In this document: positions 37,184 to 47,944 of the stretch, piece by piece | Layout of the letters: each line of letters opens with the position of its first letter | Numbering within the stretch: position 1 is the first letter of the stretch | Assembly: GCA_021613535.1 (NCBI GenBank) | Contig: CP075493.1 | Coordinates: 15,252,001 to 15,316,000, forward strand | Direction: 5' to 3' | Length of the DNA: 64,000 bases | DNA from: Adineta vaga | Taxonomy: Eukaryota; Animalia; Rotifera | The notes under the pieces: model-generated | Told to the model about the DNA's origin: nothing | Database searches by the model: none | What the model saw: only the letters and a program-made list of their open reading frames with translations | Made by a program: the position numbers and the translations under genes

Positions 37184-37961
37184 TATATCGATATTATGGT
37201 AATGTTAAAGATTTTGTTGAAGAAAATATGTAAGTGTCGTACTTTTCTTTCAATTCTTTATTTGTAATGAAATAAGAAAGGAGAAGTGTTTTTAAAGTTT
37301 GTAAATGCATTTTCTAAATTATTAATTTATATATCTTTTGACTATAGGCTTAAAATTAGCTGACGTCAGTTTTTATACTTATAACTTTTTTTAATGAAAT
37401 ATTCTCGCAATAAACTATTCCTACCGCGAACATGATGTATGATTGTTAATGCATAAGATGCGCGATTATTGCATTTATAGATTAATTTTATTGCCGAAGG
37501 ATGTAATATATTTTTTCACATTTTAGATTTTTTTCTACTTGAATATACTTTCAAAATTAATAAAGTAAAATAAAGCTTCTCTGACTTTTAATCATTTTCT
37601 TATATAATGGTTAGTAATTTTACACATTTAAAAGAGTACTAATCTGCAAGATAGAGAATGATGATTTGAATAAGTTTATTCTTTCTCAATCGAGCACACT
37701 CTACTGTACATATCTCGTCCTTTACATAGTCGTCGGAACGTACAGAATCACACCATATAAAATTACATGATATTCAGATGTGAAAAATACGAAGATTAGT
37801 GCTAATTGTCAGTCATCACAGTATTGTTGGAAAAAGATTTCACAACTACCACTAGCATCTTATATCATTGATATTTTAAACATTCTATTTTCACCGTAAA
37901 TTCACAGAAATGAACAAGAATTCCAAGACCGGAATCATAGGCATTAAACGAACAAAAAATA

Positions 37962-38005
37962 TTGAGCGTATGAGTCAAGGTATCTCCTCTTCACCCACAC
38001 CCTTA
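37962..38005. repeat. Telomere-like palindrome (decayed left arm)
   Basis: TTGAGCGTATGAGT...TCACCCACACCCTTA. Confidence 0.7.
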
Positions 38006-38184
38006 TTAAATTGCTCAAGAAATTATTTGAACTTGATATCAAACGATTCTCGATCTGATTTGGCGTCGATATAGATAGTTTTCTTGGAAAAGTGAGAATG
38101 AGCCGATCTATATTCTTATCGGCCCCCATCCTTTATTAAGTGATAATTTTATTTTCTCGAAAACCAACTCTTCAGTACTATACA

Positions 38185-39162
38185 TCATGTGATAGTTTTG
38201 ATTATATTTGATCGTTCTACTGCGACAGGCATCATTGACAATGGCATAGGATGAATAAATCGTGCTGGTCGGTGCCAATGTGGGAATATGTTCCTGAATT
38301 TGCATGAACATTTAGATAATGTAATAAAACACACGAATGGAAGGAGAAATATAACGTAATAAGAAAAGAATCGTCCATATTGTAGAAAATTGTCACCGAC
38401 ATCCTGGGATATACAGCATATTTGTGCCAATGCAATGCACATTATGGGAATGTAAAGTAAAGAATAGAGGATAGAAATAGACAACAATTGAATTGTCATT
38501 TTTCGATGTTTTCGCCATTGAATGTGTTGATGCATGCGACTATTTTGGAGAAGAACACGAACAAGAAGAGCAATGCTAAAGCCAACAATCGTTAGAGTTG
38601 GCAAAATATCATTCATAATACTATCCCATGTGCCAACAATCTTTGTATTGTGAAAACAAATTTTTTGGCCACACAACTCCTGAGTATAGTCATACGTATT
38701 TTCACATAGTGGTAATAGAATGGTGACAGTATGAAATATAATTATATAAAATATGAGTGATACTAAAGGAATAAAATGAATAAGGCGGCGTCTTCTAGTG
38801 CTCGACCACCATCCATTGTGAAAAATAAGAATATGTCGTTCAATGGATGCCCATGCAAGAACTACCGTTGAAATAGAATATAGTGCTTCGTCAATGAAAA
38901 TCCACATTAGACATAAGCTTGATGTATTAGGCCAGACAGCTTCTAACCGATAATAGTTGAGAAATAATGGGATGTCTATAAGCTCATAGATCAAATTATT
39001 GGATATAAGAACGATAATAACCCGATTGTTGATGGCATTGCGTTGAGTTCGATTAGATAGTAAATGGTAAAGGACAAAGATCGAACAGGCAACTGATGGA
39101 ATAAATGCAATTAAAAATAGCCAAAATTGAATTTGATTAGAAATCAAAGAATTCGAATACAT
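38185..39162 (-). CDS. Orphan rhodopsin-like 7TM GPCR
   Basis: Seven TM segments with WASIERHILIFH and WRKHRKMTIQLLSIS; paralog of 28228-29226. Confidence 0.85.
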   Translation of the reverse strand: MYSNSLISNQIQFWLFLIAFIPSVACSIFVLYHLLSNRTQRNAINNRVIIVLISNNLIYELIDIPLFLNYYRLEAVWPNTSSLCLMWIFIDEALYSISTVVLAWASIERHILIFHNGWWSSTRRRRLIHFIPLVSLIFYIIIFHTVTILLPLCENTYDYTQELCGQKICFHNTKIVGTWDSIMNDILPTLTIVGFSIALLVRVLLQNSRMHQHIQWRKHRKMTIQLLSISILYSLLYIPIMCIALAQICCISQDVGDNFLQYGRFFSYYVIFLLPFVCFITLSKCSCKFRNIFPHWHRPARFIHPMPLSMMPVAVERSNIIKTIT

Positions 39163-39267
39163 CGTCGTCGAGTTGTTGCCTTAGTCGAAGAAATGACTAA
39201 AATAGAAATTACGCATATTTAAGATCTTTCATACATCAGAAATGCTTGTAAGAAGAACTTGTTTCTA

Positions 39268-39317
39268 CTTGAGGGTGTGGATTGAGAAAAATAAAGCAGA
39301 TAAAGAAGTGACTCAAT
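39268..39317. repeat. Telomere-like element (clear G-rich arm)
   Basis: CTTGAGGGTGTGGATTGAG...ACTCAATC. Confidence 0.7.
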
Positions 39318-40169
39318 CATATTAATTCAACATTTTTCTCGATCCCCTAGTAAACTGATTTACGGCTCACGAAGAGGTCCTCTCATATGGCTTCTTCACA
39401 TCGGCGCGCATAATTTAGATCTTGAATGAAGGTAAGGCGATATGCGCAAACAAATACATCTCAATGTATACGGTATAAGAAATATGAAAAACAAAATTAG
39501 TTCGGCCAGCACCTTTTGAGGGGATTTATATATCGTCGGAAAAGAGCATTCTTTCAAACATTATGTGCCATTGAAAATTACTAGAATTCACAGTGAGTAT
39601 TTCTATAGATTGCCGTCATCATGATGACAAATATACGCTGAGGTGGAAATACAATATGTTTGTGATGACACAATAGTGATCATGATTTGACATATACTTT
39701 CATAATCATTCACCTTCATTATACAAAACGAATGTTCTTTCCAAGCACATCACAATAATTGTAATAAAATATATAATAAGAGCTTTTATATAAAAATCGG
39801 TACCTTTCTAGGTGAAGGGGATCCGAAACATCATAGAGAGAAAAGAAAGTTTTCTTTTCCAGATTTCTTTTCTATTCATAAATACAATGTGAATTTGCGC
39901 CCCATGTAAGTGCTAAGTAAAAAATTTAGTTTTTTCTGAGTGCTCTATTGAAAATTTTTCTAAGTAGATAATTTAAACTTACAATCATTGTATTAATAAA
40001 GGTTTTGCTGATGGAAGTAGTTTGCAAATAAATTGAAAGAAAGAGAGAGAGAGAGAATGAATACGTCATACTACCATAAAAAATTCATTCTATCATAGAT
40101 AACCGTACTTAGTCTTTATTAGAAATTACTGACAAATCAATTGTAGACTTTATTTAAAGAAGTATATAA

Positions 40170-40840
40170 TGATGCTCATGATATCTGTAGTGCCACTCCG
40201 TTTACAGCGGTGCCTATTTGTGGATGACGATTGAGATGAATATCAAAGAGTACATATTTCAATTGTCGACGAAATCGATTTGATGCACAGAAATAGATGA
40301 AGAAAGGACTCTAAATATAAATTCATAGTTAAATTAGTTCACAGTCAATATATACTTACTCCAAAATTCATGTAATATAGGCACGTGACCAAATTATTTG
40401 CGAGTTGAAGCTTGGCAAGGACGAGAGGATCCTTTATAAGATTGGGTATCAATAATAAAATATATACAATGATATATGGTACATTAGTAAAGAAAGTGAC
40501 AATGACTTGTACGAGAAACATTACTGTCAATTGTTTGTTTGTTCAATTCACGTCGAATCAACGGCACTACTCGATGAGCTAGTTGCTGCATATTACGGTA
40601 AACCAATAGCCCAAAGAAGAAAGTAATGACAATAGGCACAATTCTTCCGAATGTGAGAAAGGTTCCATAGGTTGCGTATTGTTGAAAAACATCATTTGTT
40701 ATTAAACAAGACACTTTACCTGTGGTGGTGCACACAGTTTGATTGTAATATAATATAAATGGAATATTATAAATAATCCAAATGAGAACATTTATTAACA
40801 ACAATCGACGAGCTAACTTGATATTACTCCATTGTCGCAT
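40170..40840 (-). pseudogene. GPCR 3' half (TM4-TM7), 5'-truncated at the palindrome
   Basis: RQWSNIKLARR..RRELNKQ/LTVMFLVQV..YYMNF(intron)SPFFIYFCASNRFRRQL. There is a frameshift near 40535, and TM1-3 are absent. Confidence 0.8.
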
Positions 40841-40920
40841 CTTGAGGGTGTGGGTGTGGGTGGTAGTAGGTGGGTGTGGGTGTGGGTGTGGGTGTGAAAA
40901 AAAGACACTCACACCCTCGA
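40838..40920. repeat. Telomere-like head-to-head palindrome
   Basis: CATCTTGAGGG(TGTGGG)2...(TGTGGG)3TGTG AAAAAAAGA CACTCACACCCTCGA. Confidence 0.95.
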
Positions 40921-41285
40921 CGATAATGGAATCTATATTTTATTTATGACGAAAATAGACTCATAATCATTTAGTATGCCTGAGAGATAGAGCATAGCTG
41001 CTTATCATTACATTATTTGCAGATATTCTAGGAATAATTTATATATCGAAGGCAAAAATTCAAATGCGTAACATATCCGATTCGTAGTAAACGGGATTAG
41101 TTCTGTGTTGTTGACTATTACGAATTTATGGTATATAAAAAATTATCGGCGAAATTCTCAATATTGACATTAAGATAAAAATCTTTTGATGTTATTCTCA
41201 ATTCAATCTAGTATAAATACATGTAGAAGTCAAACTATAGCATACATAACTTTTTCTTTGAAAGTGAATTTTGAAGAGCTCTACC

Positions 41286-41825
41286 ATGCAGTATATCTTT
41301 ACCGGCTTGCTTTTGGCCTGCTTTCTTAATCAGCTGCTTGCTGGATTCACTGAACAGACGACTTCATGTAAGTGAGATTTTTCTAGTTCTCATTTAGATA
41401 ATTGTAACAGTATTCTTTCTTTCAAAGGTCAAGGTGGACAGATGAATATGACCTACTGCCATCCAATCAATGGAGTAAGTGAATTCCGAACTGCAGCAGC
41501 CACCAACATGAGTAGAAATGTGAACCCCCAGTGTATCAATCGGAATATTATTAGAGCTGTTTTGTTCCAACGACCTTTTCAACAAACACCCTCACTTGTC
41601 CATGTTGCATTGGCGTCAATTGATATTCAGTAAGTTTATTTTATAACTGTAAAAATGATCTATCAATCAAAAACACTACTTTTTACGTACAGAAGTCATG
41701 ACCGCAATGTTAGACTACGAGTATCCGCAGAATCGATCACTCCATACGGTTTCAATCTCCGTTTTCGATCTTGGGGCGATTCAGTGACACACGATGCAAC
41801 TGCTAGCTGGTTTGTCTGTTCGTAA
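41286..41825 (+). CDS. Secreted H-type lectin domain protein (exons 41286-41367, 41398-41629, 41693-41825)
   Basis: Signal peptide. The spliced product contains FQRPFQQTPSLVHVALASIDIQSHDRNVRLRVSAESITPYGFNLRFRSWGDS..ASWF, the H_lectin pattern. Both GT-AG introns keep the frame. Confidence 0.82.
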
Positions 41826-42452
41826 GTGCATGTTTAGCACTTACCAATGCCAAAGCAATACAATGTAATCATGCTGTCCTTTTTCTGTAAAAAAAAATAA
41901 ATAAATACAACCATGAATAATCATTTACCTTCAAATCCGTACGTGTGTGAGAGTAACGATGTGCGTCTGAAATAAACTAATGTTCTCACCGAAACATATC
42001 AATACTTATATTCTTCTATCAGTAGTATACTGGAGTGAAATCTATTCACCGAGAGAATGTGGTAGTACAAAAGCAATATATCATCTTTTTATCAGTGATA
42101 CTATTAAAATCATGTATTGAAAAACAAACTGCAGATAAAAAAGTGAACGATAATACTAAGCAAGTGTTAAAATATATAGCAGATCTATCGAATCATGGTA
42201 TTACAAAACGACATATATCGATTATTTTTTTTATCCTTAAAACTACAACGCATTTATATAGGAAAGTTTCTTTCGTATCAGTAGATTGGTATAAGTAAGC
42301 CAATCGTGCCTAAGTCATTAATTGTCATTGTAGCTATTGAAACTGATGAAGCTCTAGGTACTTTCAAATAGTATTATGTAAATGGTTTTTAGCCTACGGT
42401 ACCATCATAATATCATAATAACAATACAGCGAGTATCGACAGTCAGTCATTG

Positions 42453-42463
42453 TGAGGGTGTGT
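42453..42463 (+). repeat. G-rich arm of telomere-like element
   Basis: TGAGGGTGTGT. Confidence 0.45.
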
Positions 42464-42873
42464 ATCGAATAGAGATTATATGTTGAAAATCTTGCCATGG
42501 GAAAATTCTTTTTCTTTTATGAAAGAATGTAAAATAAACGACCAGGGCTTTGTTTGCTCAAGATTCTTATTACCATCATCAAATCTCAATCATTTCTCTA
42601 TCGTTTTACAATGGGAAAGCGCTCATCAAAAAAACTTCATTCTTCAACCGATGCGTTAGGTAATAATAATTATGTTCTACTCATTGATGCTGTACTAGTC
42701 AATCTTACGTCAATTCTTTATGAATTAATAAATTATATTGATACAAAAAATCAAACTATTATACTGATATTTTGTTTGAATTGTGCGTTAATGATCATGA
42801 TAATGACTGGTTTTTCAATGTATTTTCGGCTTTTGTGAAACATCGCGATACTCAATAGAATACGATGATAAGA

Positions 42874-42935
42874 TGGTGTGGGGGAGGACTAGCTAATCAT
42901 CTACATCCAAACCTCATCCTCACCCACACCCTCGA
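42874..42935. repeat. Telomere-like palindrome
   Basis: TGGTGTGGGGGAGG...CCTCATCCTCACCCACACCCTCGA. Confidence 0.75.
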
Positions 42936-43367
42936 ATAAGTCAAGAGTCCCACACATCGCATTCGAACCCTCATCCTCTATTTATTAAAAAATAAAAAAT
43001 TTCATTTCTCCATAAACTAACAAAAAGGTATCGCTCTTGGTGTGACAGATTCAAAATGGACGGCAAATTTGTTCCATAGAAGCATTCGAAGCTGTCAGTC
43101 AGTTCTGATGAGTTGACACTAAAATGAGGGAAAACTTTGGATTAAGTGAGAAAGAGAGTAACGGTGACTATACCATCGTTCATGGTGACATAAACTGCGT
43201 GTGGTGGAGGAAAAATCTCTCTGTTACTCTTATTTTCACTCTCACAGCAAATGCACACTTCATCTCTTCACCGATTCGTCATGTTTCTTACTCATAGTTT
43301 TCCTCTCATTCATCCACTTTCTCATCCGAACTGATGTATCTTTATTTGCAAAGCGTCCATCCAAAAC

Positions 43368-43437
43368 GAGAGTGTGGACAGGTATGATTGCGAGATTGAT
43401 CAAATTTTTACATTCACACCCACCCACACCCTGAAGA
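43368..43437. repeat. Telomere-like palindrome
   Basis: GAGAGTGTGGACAGGT...CACACCCACCCACACCCTGAAGA. Confidence 0.75.
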
Positions 43438-43592
43438 CCTTAAACAATCGATGTGTGATAATGCAGATTTATCACTTAGTTATGAGTCTTTTATGAACGG
43501 ACAACCTCAACTTTCAGTTCATGAATAAAAAGTTCACTTTTCGATGATTATATTGCTTTTCTAATTTTTCGTCACGCGCTTTTATTTAATTA

Positions 43593-44867
43593 TTAAAGTA
43601 CAATGACATTGCCATTGTATCGATTAAGTTGCGAAGAGATATTAGGTCCCTTCTTATTTACAAATAGTTGTCCGTTTCTTTGTGCCATGAGCGATTGTTC
43701 GCCTAATGTCCATGGAACACCATTCTTATGAATTCCTTCTTTACCTGAGATGTAATGAATAACACCTCCACTGTTCAATGTAATCGATGCTTCACTGGCA
43801 AGAAATGACACTAAAAAGACATTATCTTTGAGGTATTGTACATCTGAAGGTAATGGCAAGGTATCGGAAGTCCCCAATGTTGTTGCCGGTTGTAGTCGAT
43901 AGAAGAAAAAGACGTCTTCATCTGCTGGAGTAATCTTTATATCAGTTTGTCTGGCTTTATACGCTTTTATGAAGATACGAGTCATTCTTAGAAAAGCACT
44001 GTGATCTAGAGTACCCCAATAGGATTCAGGTGAACTATTCGTAGTGTCAGCAGGACCAACGTAGCTACTTTCACCCCAATCATTCCAGGTAACAATTTCG
44101 ATAAAATCAGGTTTAAGACGTAACAAATGTAACCATCTGTCAATAAAAATAGCGTCATCCTGAGCATGACTCCAATTGTCGTAACCACTGAAACGTTTGA
44201 AAAACCATGGCGCAACAGCAGCCATCCAACTTTTTCCAGTAATATCTCGTAGTGTAGCATATGAGTTGTCAGTGATTGCTTCTTGATCTGCAGTTTTGGT
44301 TGGATGAATCCATGGAAAAAATCCATCACCCGGTGTTTGAGAAAAAACTTGTGAAGCATGATCAGAGAGAGTTCCTGGAATGAAGTAAACAGGACTATTG
44401 ATTCGATTGAGAACATCAGTTTGCCAATTCCAAGTAGGTGGATCTGTTTGAAATGTGCTTAACACGAGCTTACCATTAATCTTGAACTGAGCAGGACTGT
44501 TGACATATCGATTGACAAGTTTAACAACCATATTACTATCTTTGACACTAGTACAATCGATTGAAAGAAATACTTTGAAGTTGTGATATTCAGCAGCTGA
44601 ATAGAAGTCTTGCAGATATCCTTCTTGTTGAGCGAAATCAACGTTCCATCCTCCATAATTGATGGCAAACGCATCAATACCAGCACTGCGAGCAAGATTG
44701 ATATCGTTAGTATAATCACCATTTGGAGGACGAGTAATCAACATGTAATGTGCAAAGACTAGTGGTGAAATCGCATTTTTCCCTAATATAACATGAGAGT
44801 CATTGTGGATACCTGCTGTTTGAACTGTAACGAGCATTAAGATAAAGGTGCCAAGTAGCCAATGCAT
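43593..44867 (-). CDS. GH71 alpha-1,3-glucanase (mutanase-like), secreted
   Basis: Signal peptide and motifs VFAHYML, DINLARSAGIDAFAIN, VAPWFF and IEIVTWNDWGESSYVGP; intronless. Confidence 0.9.
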   Translation of the reverse strand: MHWLLGTFILMLVTVQTAGIHNDSHVILGKNAISPLVFAHYMLITRPPNGDYTNDINLARSAGIDAFAINYGGWNVDFAQQEGYLQDFYSAAEYHNFKVFLSIDCTSVKDSNMVVKLVNRYVNSPAQFKINGKLVLSTFQTDPPTWNWQTDVLNRINSPVYFIPGTLSDHASQVFSQTPGDGFFPWIHPTKTADQEAITDNSYATLRDITGKSWMAAVAPWFFKRFSGYDNWSHAQDDAIFIDRWLHLLRLKPDFIEIVTWNDWGESSYVGPADTTNSSPESYWGTLDHSAFLRMTRIFIKAYKARQTDIKITPADEDVFFFYRLQPATTLGTSDTLPLPSDVQYLKDNVFLVSFLASEASITLNSGGVIHYISGKEGIHKNGVPWTLGEQSLMAQRNGQLFVNKKGPNISSQLNRYNGNVIVL

Positions 44868-45168
44868 CACAGTATCTTATAAAGAAAATATGTCACAAGA
44901 AACCAGTTAATGTGTCTTGTGATGAATATGTGTGTTTGTAGGATATGATGTTTGCTCGGTTATATATTTGTTTTCATTCTCTCCTTACGAAATGTATTGT
45001 GGGAGAGATCAGCAGATGTAACATGGAACGAAATATTGAAATTCGATTATTCAAAACAAAAGTCAATCGAGTACGTTATTTTTCTCTTATTTTCATTTTC
45101 TAAAAATACCAATTTTAGATTACCGGATGAACCGAACTGCTACTTAGATTAGTACTGTTTATAATCAA

Positions 45169-45277
45169 TTTGAGGGTGTGGGTGGATGAGGGTGTGGGTG
45201 TGGGTGGGTGAGGGTGAGGGTGAGGGTTAGACTTCACTCTTACGCCTCACCCACACCCACAACCACCCTCACCCTTA
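45169..45277. repeat. Longest telomere-like head-to-head palindrome
   Basis: About 9 mixed TGAGGG/TGTGGG units, then a short spacer, then a CCCACA/CCCTCA-type arm. Confidence 0.95.
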
Positions 45278-45512
45278 TACTTCATTAATGATAAGCGTTA
45301 TTATTCAAAAGCATTCAATGGATAATCTAGAGAAATGCGGTAACTGTGACGCAATTACGCGCAATTGCGACATAGTCGTTAAAAAAAGACGTGACATGGG
45401 TTGAGAAATAATGTTGTTATTGCACAATATTACATTTTTTTTCTTGCTTTCTGTCAACATATAAATGTAAACATTATGTTTTTTCGACATTCACTTTTTA
45501 GCTGTTGATATC

Positions 45513-47162
45513 ATGGAGGGTTTACCTGATGAGCTGTTATTATTAATATTTCGACATCTACACAAATTCGAATTACTGTATTCATTCAGTAACCTCAACC
45601 AACGTTTTCGAAATATTCTCACACCTTATCTTTGCTACATAGATCTGACTGGAGCAGAAGATCGACCTTATAAATACATTGACTTTCTAATCAAGTTTAT
45701 TATTCCAACTTTAGGACATGAAATTTATTCTCTGAAACTCGCGGGAACACAACAAGATCTATTCTATGGATTTACTCGCTACTTAACTAACCTCAATGTT
45801 CTGAAGGTAAACTTTGAAGGTGTTAATAACTATTACTTATATTCATTCACCAAAATTCTGTCGCAACCGACCTTAACTGAACTTACTCTTGTAGAACCAA
45901 GTGAATATACATTGAAGGAATTTTTTTCTACAATAACTCATAGTTTGACCACGCTTACTTTGATCTACCATGATAATCTAAATTGTTCCGATTATAAAGT
46001 GCAAATGCCATACATTAGGTGTCTGTCGATCAGTGTAGAGGACATCACCGTACTAGGGAAAGTTCTCAAAGTTACGACGAATATCGAAGAATTAAACTTA
46101 TTTATGTCTGCCTTTCGTTATTCCAACTACACACATCTATTACCAATACCAAAGACATTAATTAGACTATATTTGGAAACGGGTCATCACAGTAGCAGTA
46201 CCTGTCGTATTATTACACATCAGATAACTTTCAAACGAATAAGAAGATTTATATATATCCTCAGACATCAACTACGGTCATTGACATTAATTATTTCCAA
46301 CGCAAAAGAAGAGTTTTCCAACTATGATCAATTTTATAGCTTAATAGAAGATTGTATTGAACTAGAATCATTTCAATACCATATTAATACTATTCACATG
46401 CCCGATTGGTCTCTGTTTCCCAATGTTAAACAACTACCAGACTTAACCTATGCAATCTTTACACTGCCTATACCTCAAAAGCTGATCAACAGAACACTTT
46501 ATCATACAAAAGTTCGTTGTACTCTGAAGTCTAATCTAAACGCACAGCAACTATCCGATGCAACGGAACTCGACGCTTATAATATCTATGTTCTACCCAC
46601 GATGGGATTCAGTCTAAGCCATATATCCAAACTTTTAATGCTAAACAAAATACATGTCAATGTTTATATGTCAAAAGATCTCTGTCAATTCGTTTCAAAA
46701 GTGATAGATTTATCGCCGAATCTAGTTGCTCTGACCATTTCTTGTGATGATTCGAAAAAACTTATTCATACACTCGAAAACATAATTCCTCAACAATACT
46801 CAACAAAAATCTTGCATTTTAATTATAAAATACCAGACAATAGTGTTAGAAATCATCGCTATCATGATTATCATATACATTTTTTCTCAATTCTATCGAA
46901 GATTTTACCAAACTTGAAGTCTATTCTATTTCCGTGTACTGTGTCCTTTGTCAAAACGCATACCACATCATTAAACGATCTGATCGAATATTTAAGAAGT
47001 TATCTTCATCATTTAACACAATTCAAATTATATAATGTTAGAAAAAATAAACTATCGAATCAACAAAAATTCACCAGTTATAAGAACAATTTGCCCCGCT
47101 CACTACCTTATACAGAAGAAACTATCCGTAGTAAAACTATATGTCTAAATATTTGGTTATAA
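45513..47162 (+). CDS. F-box protein with LRR-like C-terminus
   Basis: N-terminal EGLPDELLLLIFRHL..LLYSFSNLNQRF F-box followed by LxxLxL repeats. Confidence 0.85.
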   Translation: MEGLPDELLLLIFRHLHKFELLYSFSNLNQRFRNILTPYLCYIDLTGAEDRPYKYIDFLIKFIIPTLGHEIYSLKLAGTQQDLFYGFTRYLTNLNVLKVNFEGVNNYYLYSFTKILSQPTLTELTLVEPSEYTLKEFFSTITHSLTTLTLIYHDNLNCSDYKVQMPYIRCLSISVEDITVLGKVLKVTTNIEELNLFMSAFRYSNYTHLLPIPKTLIRLYLETGHHSSSTCRIITHQITFKRIRRFIYILRHQLRSLTLIISNAKEEFSNYDQFYSLIEDCIELESFQYHINTIHMPDWSLFPNVKQLPDLTYAIFTLPIPQKLINRTLYHTKVRCTLKSNLNAQQLSDATELDAYNIYVLPTMGFSLSHISKLLMLNKIHVNVYMSKDLCQFVSKVIDLSPNLVALTISCDDSKKLIHTLENIIPQQYSTKILHFNYKIPDNSVRNHRYHDYHIHFFSILSKILPNLKSILFPCTVSFVKTHTTSLNDLIEYLRSYLHHLTQFKLYNVRKNKLSNQQKFTSYKNNLPRSLPYTEETIRSKTICLNIWL

Positions 47163-47189
47163 GTGAAGATTTCCTATTCTCTTTTAAAA

Positions 47190-47202
47190 TGAGGGTGTGG
47201 GT
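47190..47202 (+). repeat. G-rich arm of telomere-like element
   Basis: TGAGGGTGTGGGT starts 28 bp after the F-box stop. Confidence 0.7.
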
Positions 47203-47532
47203 AAACATGAGGCTATGCTCTTAATTCTTCATAAAAAAAAACTTTCAATTCAGACAAACAAGGTAAATGTATTTTGGTTTTATTTAAAAATAATATATAA
47301 TCCATTAAAAACAATCAAAAGAAAAGATTTTGAGAGAAAATAGTCGAAGTAATTGTCTTAAACTAGTAACAATAGAAAGGTCATCATATACATAAAAATA
47401 ATTGAGTATGAGTGATTCGAGATGAAGAAATGATGTATGAATAGGAAACGATGTGAAGAAAATTTTTGATGAAAAATGGTTTTGATATTTGTAATAATAT
47501 AATTCGATTATTATATGGGCGAATAATATTGA

Positions 47533-47632
47533 TCGAGGGTGTGGGTGTGGGTGTGGGTGTAATGGTACTCACCCACCCATATGCACCCTAACCTTCACGC
47601 CGACCCACAACTCCATCTTGATCTACACCCTC
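47533..47632. repeat. Telomere-like head-to-head palindrome
   Basis: TCGAGGG(TGTGGG)3TGT...ACTCACCCACCC...CTACACCCTC. Confidence 0.85.
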
Positions 47633-47944
47633 TTTCTTTGTCGTACTATGCGTCTCACGTGCACATATAAAACGATTCTGAAATTTGATCTTACTTGCAC
47701 CATCACCGACTCCAGTTTTTCTTCTCATCTTATTTCTAAAAAAATAATAGAAACATTGATACGATTATGGATGAAGTGTGAGCCAATAGTCTTTAAAATA
47801 AAACAACGAAACATTAAATTGATAATGATTCTCATTCTCTTATATCAATATACATCTAATCCCCAGAAATATACGTATATTTATAATGATAGCTCTCCTA
47901 TAGTTATTATTTGAAAAATAAAAATCGAATATAAAAATTAAAGA

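Noticed and set aside
40484-40912. ORF starting with PHPHPHPPTTTHTHT (also 47384-47572, TPTPTP)
   Set aside because: The N-termini are translated telomere-like repeats, not real protein starts.
42035-42400. Possible glycoside hydrolase (GH26-like) N-terminal fragment
   Set aside because: The resemblance is short and no catalytic motifs are recoverable.
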